NCBI GenBank assembly: GCA_003163875.1
Contig: PLRK01000100.1
Span: 10,739-74,738, forward strand
Reading direction: 5' to 3'
Source: Acidimicrobiaceae bacterium
GTDB taxonomy: Bacteria > Actinomycetota > Acidimicrobiia > Acidimicrobiales > RAAP-2
DNA: 64,000 nt
In this document: positions 8,847 through 17,871 of the stretch, one piece after another
How the letters are laid out: each line of letters opens with the position of its first letter
Position numbering within the stretch: position 1 is the first letter of the stretch
Notes under the pieces: model-generated
Databases searched by the model: none
What the model was told of the DNA's origin: nothing
Seen by the model: only the letters and a program-made list of their open reading frames with translations
Program-made: the position numbers and the translations under genes

Positions 8847-8862
8847 TGTTTCACGTGAAACC
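8847..8862. promoter_or_regulatory. parS centromere site 3
   Basis: TGTTTCACGTGAAACC. Confidence 0.93.
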
Positions 8863-8948
8863 TGAGTACTTGACGACTAGCCGAAAAGCGTGTTGAATGG
8901 CAGGGTTCGACGAAGTGTCGGAAATTTCTTGGCTCCGAGAAGAGGCTT

Positions 8949-9722
8949 ATGGCGAATGCCAGCACGATGAGGGTTTTCGCCGTAGCGAATCAAAAGGGTG
9001 GGGTTGGAAAGACTACGACAACAACCTCCCTTGGTGCAGCCCTCGCCGAAAAAGGTAATCGAGTCCTCATTGTTGACCTTGACCCACAGGGAAACGCAAC
9101 AACGGGCCTGGGCGTTGACGGGCGGCAATTCGAAAAGTCGGTGTACGACGTCTTGCTGAATGACACACCAATGGTGGACATCGTAGAGCCAACTGGTTTC
9201 AATAACTTGTTCGTGGCCCCAGCGACGCTGGACCTTGCTGGCGTCGAACAGGAATTAACAGCAGTTATTTCAAGGGAATTGAGGCTTAAGAAGGCGTTGA
9301 CATCGGTGGAGGGAGATTTTGACTACGTCTTCATCGACTGTCCTCCGTCGCTTGGCCTCATAACAATCAATGCCTTTGCAGCGGCGACCGACATCCTGGT
9401 TCCTGTCCAGACCGAATTCTATGCTCTTGAGGGTTTGACACAGCTTCGACGAATTGTTGACTTGGTGCAAAAGAATTTGAATCCGTCCCTGCGGATTTCA
9501 AAGGTCGTTCTCACGATGTATGACGCGCGAAACACACTTTCAGTGGATGTGGCGGCAGAGGTACGTAAACATTTCAAGGAAGAGCTGTGCAAGACCGTGA
9601 TACCACGGACGGTACGGCTAGCAGAGGCACCGTCCTTTGGCCAGCCGATCACCGTCTTTGATCCAACCTCCAAGGGGGCGAAGGCGTATCGAGCACTAGC
9701 AGAGGAGATCACCCATGGCTAG
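8949..9722 (+). CDS. parA: Chromosome partitioning ATPase ParA/Soj
   Basis: NQKGGVGKTTT deviant Walker A, DLDPQGNAT, DCPPSLG, LAEAPSFG. Start may be ATG 8967. Confidence 0.97.
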   Translation: MANASTMRVFAVANQKGGVGKTTTTTSLGAALAEKGNRVLIVDLDPQGNATTGLGVDGRQFEKSVYDVLLNDTPMVDIVEPTGFNNLFVAPATLDLAGVEQELTAVISRELRLKKALTSVEGDFDYVFIDCPPSLGLITINAFAAATDILVPVQTEFYALEGLTQLRRIVDLVQKNLNPSLRISKVVLTMYDARNTLSVDVAAEVRKHFKEELCKTVIPRTVRLAEAPSFGQPITVFDPTSKGAKAYRALAEEITHG

Positions 9723-10641
9723 GAAACCCGGACTTGGCAAGGGCCTCGGAGCCCTTATTCCAGAAGGAGGTGGGGTGCAATCGGTTTCCGGTGCGATTAT
9801 CGAGGGAGGACCTCTTCGTAGAGTCCCCGTGAGTTCAATTCGTCCAAATCAGTTTCAGCCCCGCAAGGCGTTCAATAACGATAGTCTGCAGGCCCTCGCT
9901 TCGTCGGTCAAAGAACTTGGCGTCCTGCAACCCATCATTGTCCGTCCCGTTGAAGGTCACCCTGGTGAGTTTGAACTCATTGCCGGTGAGCGTCGTTGGC
10001 GTGCGGCCGGTATTGCGGGTTTGGAGTCTGTACCGGTACTCGTGCAAGACGATGTGAACGATCGACTTTCGCTTGAACAGGCCGTGGTAGAGAATTTGCA
10101 CCGTGTGGACTTGCATCCTTTGGAGGAGGCGGCAGCGTACCAACAATTGATCGAGGAGTTTGATCTGACACACGAGCAAGTTGCGCAGCGTGTTGGAAAG
10201 AGTCGGGCAAATATTACGAATACGTTACGATTGCTGCAGCTCGGAGAGACCGCACAGGCGGCCCTGGCAAGTTCGCAAATTACGGCCGGACATGCTCGCT
10301 CTCTCCTCGCGATCAGTGACCCTAACGCGCAGACGACGATGGTTGCGCGTGTCATCAAGAATGAATTGTCTGTTCGAGCCACCGAGGACGCCGTGCGAGC
10401 CTATTTGGAACCGAAACCAGTCGTGACAGGCGATCCGACACCCCGAATTATCAATGAGAAGCCCAGACTGCGTCCGGTGCCCGACGCGAGTGTGGCCGAG
10501 TTGGAACAGTTACTCGAGGACTATCTTGATACAAGGGTTCATGTTGACTTAAAGGGCAGAAATGGTCGAATCATCATAGATTTTGCGGATCTTGACGATT
10601 TGGAGCGCATTTATATTGCCATCTCGAAGAGTCACAAATAA
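9715..10641 (+). CDS. parB: Chromosome partitioning protein ParB/Spo0J
   Basis: NQFQPRKAF, LIAGERRWRAA CTPase arginine patch, ENLHRVDL, HTH VGKSRANITNTLRLL. Confidence 0.97.
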   Translation: MARKPGLGKGLGALIPEGGGVQSVSGAIIEGGPLRRVPVSSIRPNQFQPRKAFNNDSLQALASSVKELGVLQPIIVRPVEGHPGEFELIAGERRWRAAGIAGLESVPVLVQDDVNDRLSLEQAVVENLHRVDLHPLEEAAAYQQLIEEFDLTHEQVAQRVGKSRANITNTLRLLQLGETAQAALASSQITAGHARSLLAISDPNAQTTMVARVIKNELSVRATEDAVRAYLEPKPVVTGDPTPRIINEKPRLRPVPDASVAELEQLLEDYLDTRVHVDLKGRNGRIIIDFADLDDLERIYIAISKSHK

Positions 10642-10674
10642 TTCTGAACCTTCAATCTAACGTTCAAGTTGAAG

Positions 10675-10791
10675 TTATCCCCAAGTTGTGGAAGAAGTTG
10701 TGGGTTACTTCAAAATTCCTTGAAAAATAAAGCCTTTTATCCCATTTGGAAGGCAAAACCAGACGTAATTTTACTACTTACCTGTGGAAAA
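10675..10791. promoter_or_regulatory. Cluster of DnaA-box-like sites between convergent parB and cwlM-like genes
   Basis: TTATCCCCA 10675-10683, TGTGGAAGA 10687-10695, TGTGGGTTA 10699-10707, TGTGGAAAA 10783-10791 (reverse complement TTTTCCACA); AT-rich. Confidence 0.62.
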
Positions 10792-11638
10792 CCTCCATCA
10801 GAACCGACGTGATCGTGTCGCAAATCGCCCGCAAGTCCAGCTCGTCGTGACCACCATGCTCGATGTGAAGGGTCGTCATCTTGGTTTCGCGCAGAATCGG
10901 TAGCGCCATTCCTGCTATCTCCACCCTTGAGGCTGCGTGACTCTTTGAAAGCGCTGATGCGATGGCGCTCGCGAGCATTTCTCCGCGTCGCGAATGGGAT
11001 CGATAACTGGCCCAATAGTGCAGCCGTAATCCCTCACTCGCGTGGACGTGGTCGATGGAGAGCACCACAATGGCTTGGTTTTCATTGGCGAAGGACGCAA
11101 CGTCGAGTGTGGATGCCTTTTCAAAGGAAATGACCTTGCGTTGCCTACGAAGAGAGTCCTCGAGCAATTGACGCAACGTACTTGTGCCACACAAGACAAT
11201 CGGGCCTGAAGCTTCTTCGACGAATCCCGCAACATCACGCGCTTCGTTCACGAGATGCCGACTTGAGGTTGACGTTGAAGGAGTAACGCGAGTCAATTCA
11301 AGCAGTGTTCTTCGAGTGAGAGTGGCATTCACCTCCAAGCCGCAGTTTCGCTGGAAGTCCGAAAGTGCCTCGTCCAGCAAAGGCCCGAAAATACCATCGA
11401 TGCGCCCAGGGTTGAAACCCAATTGCGCGAGGCGAACTTGAAGCTCGGCCACGTCGTCGCCGCGCAGATTTGGGTGTGCCAAGAACAAGAGACGTTCCCC
11501 TAGGCGCCAACCAGCTTCGACAAGCCTGTTCCAGGTGGTTTCGTCGACGACCCCCGTGATCGCGAGTCCCTTGGCTCTCTGAAAGGATTCCACCAGCGCA
11601 ACCGTCTCGTCCCCATACGTCAGGGGTGAATCGATCAT
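10778..11638 (-). CDS. CwlM-like protein: two peptidoglycan-binding domains + degenerate Amidase_3 domain
   Basis: VESFQRAKGLAITGVVDETTW and LRGDDVAELQVRLAQLGFNPGRIDGIFG...FQRNCGL PG-binding motifs; C-terminal ILRETKMTTLHIEHG; lies next to trxA as cwlM does. Confidence 0.8.
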   Translation of the reverse strand: MIDSPLTYGDETVALVESFQRAKGLAITGVVDETTWNRLVEAGWRLGERLLFLAHPNLRGDDVAELQVRLAQLGFNPGRIDGIFGPLLDEALSDFQRNCGLEVNATLTRRTLLELTRVTPSTSTSSRHLVNEARDVAGFVEEASGPIVLCGTSTLRQLLEDSLRRQRKVISFEKASTLDVASFANENQAIVVLSIDHVHASEGLRLHYWASYRSHSRRGEMLASAIASALSKSHAASRVEIAGMALPILRETKMTTLHIEHGGHDELDLRAICDTITSVLMEVFHR

Positions 11639-11731
11639 GGAGATGTGACCGACGTGGCTCAGTCGCTCGTGAAGATCGCGAACTCGCTCGTCGCTTGCGC
11701 CCCGCGAGATTGTGTCGAAGCCCAGAGTTCT

Positions 11732-12058
11732 TTAGAGGTTGGCGGTGATCTCTTGAAGCAATGCACCCTTGGGTTTCGCTCCAACGAGTCGGGCAATTAC
11801 CTCACCGTTCTTGAAGAGCAACAGTGTTGGGATACTCATGACCGAGAACTTGGTCGCCGTCGCGACGTTGACGTCGACGTCGAGTTTTCCTATTGAAAAC
11901 TTATCGGACTGCTCGACCGCGAGCTCCTCGAGGATAGGGGCGATCATCTTGCATGGTCCGCACCATTCGGCCCAAAAGTCCACCAGGATGGGCTTGTCCG
12001 CCGCTCCAACGACCTCGTCAAAGGTGGCGTCGGTAAGGGTTGTGATCTGATCGCTCAT
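11732..12058 (-). CDS. trxA: Thioredoxin
   Basis: WAEWCGPCK active site; ATG 12058 with GGAGG upstream. Confidence 0.97.
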   Translation of the reverse strand: MSDQITTLTDATFDEVVGAADKPILVDFWAEWCGPCKMIAPILEELAVEQSDKFSIGKLDVDVNVATATKFSVMSIPTLLLFKNGEVIARLVGAKPKGALLQEITANL

Positions 12059-12115
12059 AAAAACCTCCACTGCGCAGCGCCGTCGCGGTGCGCAGGCTCC
12101 ACCTTAGCGACCGCG

Positions 12116-13069
12116 TCACATTCCCTGTGCTTCTAGCCATCGCTCGGCGTCAATGGCGGCGATGCATCCCGATCCCGCCGAAGTGATTGCTTGGCGATAC
12201 ACGTGGTCCTGTACGTCCCCGGCGGCGAAAAGCCCGTCGACGGTCGTGAAAGAACCGAGTCCGGTTCTCACGTATCCGTTGTCCTCGAGTTCGATCGCGT
12301 GGGCGACCAACGTGGTGTTCGGCACGTGACCGATTGCTACAAAAACCCCGGTCACGTCCATTATTCGTTCGATCCCCGTCACCGTATCGACGACGGCGAG
12401 ACCAGTAACCTTCTCCTCGCCGAGCACTTCGCGGACTTGGGTGTTCCAGGCGAAGTGAATCTTCTCGTTGTGGAAAGCTCGTTCCTGCATGATCTTTGAT
12501 GCGCGTAACGAGTCGCGTCGATGCACCACGGTCACTGATGATGCGAAGCGAGTGAGAAACATCGCTTCTTCCATCGCCGAGTCCCCGCCACCGACGACGG
12601 CGATGTCTTGGCCGCGGAAAAAGAAGCCGTCACAGGTAGCGCAGGTGGACAAACCATGACTGAGCAGCCGGTCCTCACCAGGCACGTCCATCATCAATGA
12701 TCGAGCGCCCGTGGCGAGTATGACCGCTTCGGCCGTGATGCTCGGTTCGATATCGTCGGTCAGCCACGCTCGAAATGGCCGCGACATGACGTCGAGGCGA
12801 TGGACCTTGGTGACGCGCAAGTCGGCCCCAAAGCGGTCGGCTTGGGCACGCATGTTGGCCATCAACTCAGGTCCAGTGATGCCTTGGGGGAAGCCCGGAA
12901 AGTTCTCGACGTCCGTGGTGAGCATGAGCTGGCCTCCCGGTTGGTCGGTGGTCGATGAAGGCTCACCCTCGATGACGATCGGGCGTAACTGCGCCCGGGC
13001 GGTGTAGATCGCGGCGGTCAAACCCGCGGGTCCCGATCCAATGATGAGCACACGAGTGTGTTGGGACAT
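12116..13069 (-). CDS. trxB: Thioredoxin-disulfide reductase
   Basis: [28 protein letters not shown]; start at ATG 13069, overlapping the upstream stop (TAATG). Confidence 0.97.
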   Translation of the reverse strand: MSQHTRVLIIGSGPAGLTAAIYTARAQLRPIVIEGEPSSTTDQPGGQLMLTTDVENFPGFPQGITGPELMANMRAQADRFGADLRVTKVHRLDVMSRPFRAWLTDDIEPSITAEAVILATGARSLMMDVPGEDRLLSHGLSTCATCDGFFFRGQDIAVVGGGDSAMEEAMFLTRFASSVTVVHRRDSLRASKIMQERAFHNEKIHFAWNTQVREVLGEEKVTGLAVVDTVTGIERIMDVTGVFVAIGHVPNTTLVAHAIELEDNGYVRTGLGSFTTVDGLFAAGDVQDHVYRQAITSAGSGCIAAIDAERWLEAQGM

Positions 13070-13386
13070 TATTTCCTTAATTTCACTGGCCGCCGCTTGC
13101 GCCACAAAATGAGGCCACCTAGGAGCAATACCCCCCCGAGGCTCATGTACGTAATCCACTGATGGCTGGGAAAGACGTACACGTTGAAGAGACGAATGAA
13201 GCCGATTACGAGGGCCGCAACGAGCACGATGATCATGAGAAAAATGATGAAGCTGTACGCAATGGCGCGCCCAGCGACGAATATAGGGCGCAGCACTTTG
13301 TCGTGGAAGACATCAAGAACGTGGTCTAACTGACCGAACGCCTTGTCAACAAAATCCGATTCGCGATGCTCGTTCTGTTCACTCAC
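13069..13386 (-). CDS. Hypothetical two-TM membrane protein
   Basis: Two hydrophobic helices and a basic tail; TATGTT -10 element 6 nt before GTG; coupled to trxB. Confidence 0.72.
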   Translation of the reverse strand: MSEQNEHRESDFVDKAFGQLDHVLDVFHDKVLRPIFVAGRAIAYSFIIFLMIIVLVAALVIGFIRLFNVYVFPSHQWITYMSLGGVLLLGGLILWRKRRPVKLRK

Positions 13387-13408
13387 ACCTAAAACATAGC
13401 GGCGCGCG

Positions 13409-14248
13409 TCAGGCCACTATCCAACACAGTGCGATGATCCCGGGTCCCCCGTGCGTACCGACGACTGGTCCCATGTCGGTGACGATGAGCTCGGTTGCGA
13501 CGGGGATGTCTGCCACGAGTGATTCAAGATGGTTCACGTCGGGCGAGTCGCCATGGACGATGGCGAGACGATACAGGGGGGCGTGTGAGCGCGTGACCTC
13601 CGCAATGGCGGTGAGGGCCTTCGCCTTGGTGCGCTGGCGCCCCGCTTCGGCGACGATGCCGTCCTTGAGCTCGAGCAAGGGTTTGATGGAGAGCACTTGG
13701 CCCACGAGCGCACGAGCGCCACCAATGCGACCTCCCTTGACCAGGTGCTCGAGAGTGTCGAGCATGGCCACTACGCCAATTCGCGTGGTGAGGATTTCGG
13801 CGCTGGTGACGAGTTCGTCCAGGGTCGCACCCTTTTGTGCTTGTTCGGCGACGTCGATACAGACAAGACCCTGCGCCATTGAGACCGCTTTGGTATCAAT
13901 CACGCGAACGTCGATTTGATCAGCAATGGCCTCTGCGGCGATGGTGGCGGACTGGTGTGTCGCGGAGAGACCGGCCGACAACGTGAGAACGATCACCCCG
14001 TCACAGCCGTCCGCCTTGGCCCGTTCGTACGCGGTCTGGAAGGCGCCGGGTGACGGAGCGGAGGTCTCCGGCAGCGTCTTGGAACTCTTGCATTTCGCCC
14101 AAAAGGCACTCGGAGTGAGGTCGACTCGGTCGACGAATTCCTCGTCGCCAAAACGAATATTCAAAGAGACGATGTCGATGCCAAGTCGCTTGGCAATGTC
14201 GTCGGGTAAATCGCAGGCGCTGTCGGTTACCACACGGATCTGAGTCAC
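13409..14248 (-). CDS. DegV-family fatty-acid-binding protein
   Basis: Starts VTQIRVVTDSACDLP; TSAPSPG, LSAGLSATHQSA, LEHLVKGGRIG, GPVVGTHGGPG. Real start GTG 14248 (the track over-extends). Confidence 0.94.
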   Translation of the reverse strand: MTQIRVVTDSACDLPDDIAKRLGIDIVSLNIRFGDEEFVDRVDLTPSAFWAKCKSSKTLPETSAPSPGAFQTAYERAKADGCDGVIVLTLSAGLSATHQSATIAAEAIADQIDVRVIDTKAVSMAQGLVCIDVAEQAQKGATLDELVTSAEILTTRIGVVAMLDTLEHLVKGGRIGGARALVGQVLSIKPLLELKDGIVAEAGRQRTKAKALTAIAEVTRSHAPLYRLAIVHGDSPDVNHLESLVADIPVATELIVTDMGPVVGTHGGPGIIALCWIVA

Positions 14249-14256
14249 GGCCCTCC

Positions 14257-15861
14257 CTAGTACTGCTTCAGCCTTACATCTTTCGCGTTGCGACGCGAAA
14301 TGCTGTAGTGAGAGATCATCACGAACGAGACGTACGTGATGAAACCAAGCACCAGGGACAGCATAAGACGGGCAACGAGGCGAATTCCCTGGTCCCACGT
14401 CGGAGCCGAATAGACGAGGGCCATAACGAGAGCGGCGACCAACGATGCGCGAAGACTGCGCCGGACATGCAAGGACCATACGGTTGAAGCGATGTTCACG
14501 TGATGCCGAGCAAGGGCGATGACGGCCAGGATCGATGCGGCGGTATAAGCGATCGAGACACTTGCGGTCAAGCCCGCTAACGAATGTCGCCCGAGGGCAA
14601 TGCACAGTCCGATCGTCAGACCATTTTGAATTGCGTACAACACGAACACCTCAGAAGCGCGTTGCATGGACTGCAGACCGCGAACGCATAGTTGAAAGAT
14701 CGTGAAACCAGGAAGACCCGCAGCGAGAATCGCGAGCACAGTACCGGCCGAGAGGCGATGCGTCGCATTCGCGTGATTGAGCAAAATGCCGACGATGGGC
14801 TGAGCGAGAATCACGAGCACGAGCGTGCAGGGGATGATGATTACCAGGGACTGACGAAGACCAAAGCGAAGACGTTCACTCAGTCCCGCGAAATCTTGCG
14901 CGGTCGCGAGCCTCGCCAGTTGAGGCGTCAACGAGCCGAGTACGGACACGACGACGACGGCATAAGGCATTTGCATGAAAGACCAGCCGTAGGTGTACGC
15001 GCTCACGGGACCGTTTCCACCAATGCCGAAGGCGTAGGCGAGCACGATGTAGAGCGACAATTGATTGGCGACGACAACGAGAAGCGTCCAGCTACCAAGT
15101 CGTGACACCGCTCGCACCGCGGGGTCGCGATGATCGAAGCGGAACGACAATCGCCAGAGGTCGCTTCGAAGCAACGAAGGCACCAGACAAAGAAATTGCA
15201 ATGCGACGCCACAGGTGGTTCCAAGTCCCAACCACAAAAGGTCGCGCGAACCTTGCACCGCGTTGAGTGTTGGATGCGGATCAGCGACGTGGAACCACAC
15301 CAGCACGCCAATGCAGACAGCGTTATTTGCTACGGGCACCCACGCGGGTGTGCCGAACCGGTGGCGCACGTTTAAGAGCGCGGTCGCGATACCAATCACG
15401 CCATAGAAGAAAATCTGTGGGACGAACCAACGCAGAAGCGACGTCGCGATAATCCGCTGGTGATGGAGGGTGCTCATAGATCGAGCGGTTGATGGATGCT
15501 GCAGCAACGTAAATCCATCGATAATCCAAGGCGAACAGACCCATGCGATGCCCGACGCGATGAGGAGGACTAGCAATGCTCCAGTGATGACGCTCGAGAT
15601 TGACTTCCACGCCCGACGTTCACCATCAAGGGCGAGGCGCTCGATGAACACCGGGATGAACGTGGCACTCGCAATCCCACCGAGTACGAGATCGAACAAC
15701 ATGTTCGGCACCGTGTTGGCGAGGTTGAAGGAGTCCGCGAGCGGCGTGAAGCCCAGAACCCACGCGAGCACGAGCACACGAAAGAGACCCGTGAGGCGAG
15801 AGGCGAGAGTGCCACCCGCCATTGAGAGGGCGCGAGAACCGTGGCTCGTCGTATCGCTCAT
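14257..15861 (-). CDS. murJ: Lipid II flippase MurJ (MviN)
   Basis: LASRLTGLFR, ADSFNLANTVPN, FIPVF; about 14 TM; ATG 15861 overlaps the upstream stop. Confidence 0.93.
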   Translation of the reverse strand: MSDTTSHGSRALSMAGGTLASRLTGLFRVLVLAWVLGFTPLADSFNLANTVPNMLFDLVLGGIASATFIPVFIERLALDGERRAWKSISSVITGALLVLLIASGIAWVCSPWIIDGFTLLQHPSTARSMSTLHHQRIIATSLLRWFVPQIFFYGVIGIATALLNVRHRFGTPAWVPVANNAVCIGVLVWFHVADPHPTLNAVQGSRDLLWLGLGTTCGVALQFLCLVPSLLRSDLWRLSFRFDHRDPAVRAVSRLGSWTLLVVVANQLSLYIVLAYAFGIGGNGPVSAYTYGWSFMQMPYAVVVVSVLGSLTPQLARLATAQDFAGLSERLRFGLRQSLVIIIPCTLVLVILAQPIVGILLNHANATHRLSAGTVLAILAAGLPGFTIFQLCVRGLQSMQRASEVFVLYAIQNGLTIGLCIALGRHSLAGLTASVSIAYTAASILAVIALARHHVNIASTVWSLHVRRSLRASLVAALVMALVYSAPTWDQGIRLVARLMLSLVLGFITYVSFVMISHYSISRRNAKDVRLKQY

Positions 15862-17810
15862 CGCGCGTGGCGTCCCTTGGAACGGCGCCGGTTCGTTCGT
15901 AGCCACCAAAAGCCAAGGACGAGTAACGAACCAATGCTGAGTAGATAACCAACCACTGAGTTGCCCGCAATGCGAACCTGGATGGCGGTGCGCGCAAGAA
16001 TCACTTGGTCGTTCGGAGTGGTGACGACCACTTGCAAGGTCAGGTCGCCCCCTCGACTTGAAGTGGGTACACGAATTGATTTCGTTTGAGAATCGAGCGT
16101 CACGGCGACGGTGTTGCCTTTGGGAAACGTCAGGCGGTCGGTGATGAGGTGCACGACCGCAGTGATCGAGTAACTCGCGCTACTTAATAGCGTGATGGGG
16201 AGCGCGGTTCCGGGACCAGCGAGAGTGACCGAGCTTTGATTGACCGAGAAATTCCTGAGCTGCGCATTGAGTGCAGAAGTGGCGCTCGAAATGGCGTCCT
16301 CACGGGCCGCAGGCGTTCCCGAGATTTCGGACTGTGCCACGGCAACTCGTAGCGTGTTGGACACCGACGTCGACGTCACCGCTTGGTTAAAGGAGTTGAT
16401 CTGGCCAATCGTTGTCAATAAGTCATTGACGTTTCGCGCGGTCCAAACCGATGTTGATGGTGCGACGAGCGTTCGCTCGCTGGGTGCGCCGTTGGAGCCA
16501 ATGAGTGAGGACTCGAAGGACGGTGCGAGACTTGAAGCGACGACGAACGGATTTGATGCGAACCCATTCAAAAAGTCGCTCTCGAGTGTCGCCGAAGTGC
16601 GCGAAGGGTTCAACTCGAGGACGATGGTGCGAACAGCTGGTGCGTCGGGTGCCTCAAAGTGAAGAAAGGCAAGTGTCTCGAGCGCGAGTACGGAACGTTC
16701 GCCCGGTGTGATGGACGTGTTGTTAAGAAGATCGTCCAAAGGGCTATCGGTTGAAAGGAACGTGATTGAGGGGAGCGTGGTGATATGAAATGGAGCACCC
16801 CACTCAAGGGTTGAGGAAGGCGCAGGAGAAAGTGAGTCGTCGTTGATGACCACATCTTGGACGTGCATGCTCGAAAGCGCTCGCAAGCTCTGCAACGAAG
16901 GTGAACCAGTGAGCACGACCGGGCTATCAACGTAGCGACCCGTGACCTGTTGGAGAATGTTGCTGGAGAGCGAGAGCTGTTGTTGGACCTGATTACTCAG
17001 TCCGTTTGCGACGAGACCTCCGTAATCGATGTTCGCTGGTGGGGCGACCACGGCTTGATGCAGAGGGCTTTGCAAAGCTTTGGACAGTGCCGAGCGCAAC
17101 GCAATGTCATATCCAATGTTTGAAGATTGCAGTACCGCGAGTGTTCGATAATCGGCGTCGAGCGCGAGGGGAAATTGAGAATGAGCGGCGATCACATCGA
17201 GTACCGACGTGGACAACGACGCGTCATCGAGAACAGACGGTGGAAGGGTTTCAATGACGTCAACGTGCAGGGGATGGAGGACTTGGCCCGATTGCACGCT
17301 TACGAGCGACCAGAGCGTCGACGTCGAGGTGTCGCGGGTGATGCTGAAACGTAACGGATAGACGCCGTTGCATGTCGAACCCGAACACGATAGGCGCAAG
17401 CTGGCAGCGCTGCTTTCACAGCGTGTGCTCGTTGCAGCATGCGAGTGAGCGAGGATCGTGACGTCGAAGGTGGCTTTGTCGTGAGCGATACACAACAATT
17501 CGAAGGCATTGGTGGTGGCAATTGGTGCACTAGCGTCGCCGGCGCCGTCGATTATTGGTGCAAGTTGGACGCGCTCGATAATGCGCGGGAAAATTGAAAC
17601 TTGCACGCTGACGGGGCTTGTCGAGTGGACGATGCGCAGTGATGTGCTGAATCGCCCAGAACCAACTCGCGACAGATTGACCACCGTTCCTTGGTGCAGT
17701 AGTACTGGTGCCGTCGTCTCAGCCTGCGCGGCCGACGGCCACGTCACCGTTGCGAGGCTGAGGAGTACGACGCTGAGCGCCCGCCACCAGGTCGAAAATC
17801 GGTGGAACAT
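15858..17810 (-). CDS. Secreted, C-terminally anchored protein of the DUF6049 type (conserved upstream of murJ)
   Basis: Signal peptide (WWRALSVVLLSLATVTWPSAAQA); C-terminal Ig-like LPITL...V.V.T region and TM anchor with WWLR + basic tail; synteny. Confidence 0.65.
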   Translation of the reverse strand: MFHRFSTWWRALSVVLLSLATVTWPSAAQAETTAPVLLHQGTVVNLSRVGSGRFSTSLRIVHSTSPVSVQVSIFPRIIERVQLAPIIDGAGDASAPIATTNAFELLCIAHDKATFDVTILAHSHAATSTRCESSAASLRLSCSGSTCNGVYPLRFSITRDTSTSTLWSLVSVQSGQVLHPLHVDVIETLPPSVLDDASLSTSVLDVIAAHSQFPLALDADYRTLAVLQSSNIGYDIALRSALSKALQSPLHQAVVAPPANIDYGGLVANGLSNQVQQQLSLSSNILQQVTGRYVDSPVVLTGSPSLQSLRALSSMHVQDVVINDDSLSPAPSSTLEWGAPFHITTLPSITFLSTDSPLDDLLNNTSITPGERSVLALETLAFLHFEAPDAPAVRTIVLELNPSRTSATLESDFLNGFASNPFVVASSLAPSFESSLIGSNGAPSERTLVAPSTSVWTARNVNDLLTTIGQINSFNQAVTSTSVSNTLRVAVAQSEISGTPAAREDAISSATSALNAQLRNFSVNQSSVTLAGPGTALPITLLSSASYSITAVVHLITDRLTFPKGNTVAVTLDSQTKSIRVPTSSRGGDLTLQVVVTTPNDQVILARTAIQVRIAGNSVVGYLLSIGSLLVLGFWWLRTNRRRSKGRHAR

Positions 17811-17871
17811 GCTGGTACAGGCTACCTTCGGTTCCACGCGATGTCGGTCGTCCCGCTACCCTTCAATCGCA

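Noticed and set aside
8717-8965. 82-aa minus-strand ORF with repeated FHVK
   Set aside because: FHVK is just the translation of the parS palindromes; the region is non-coding.
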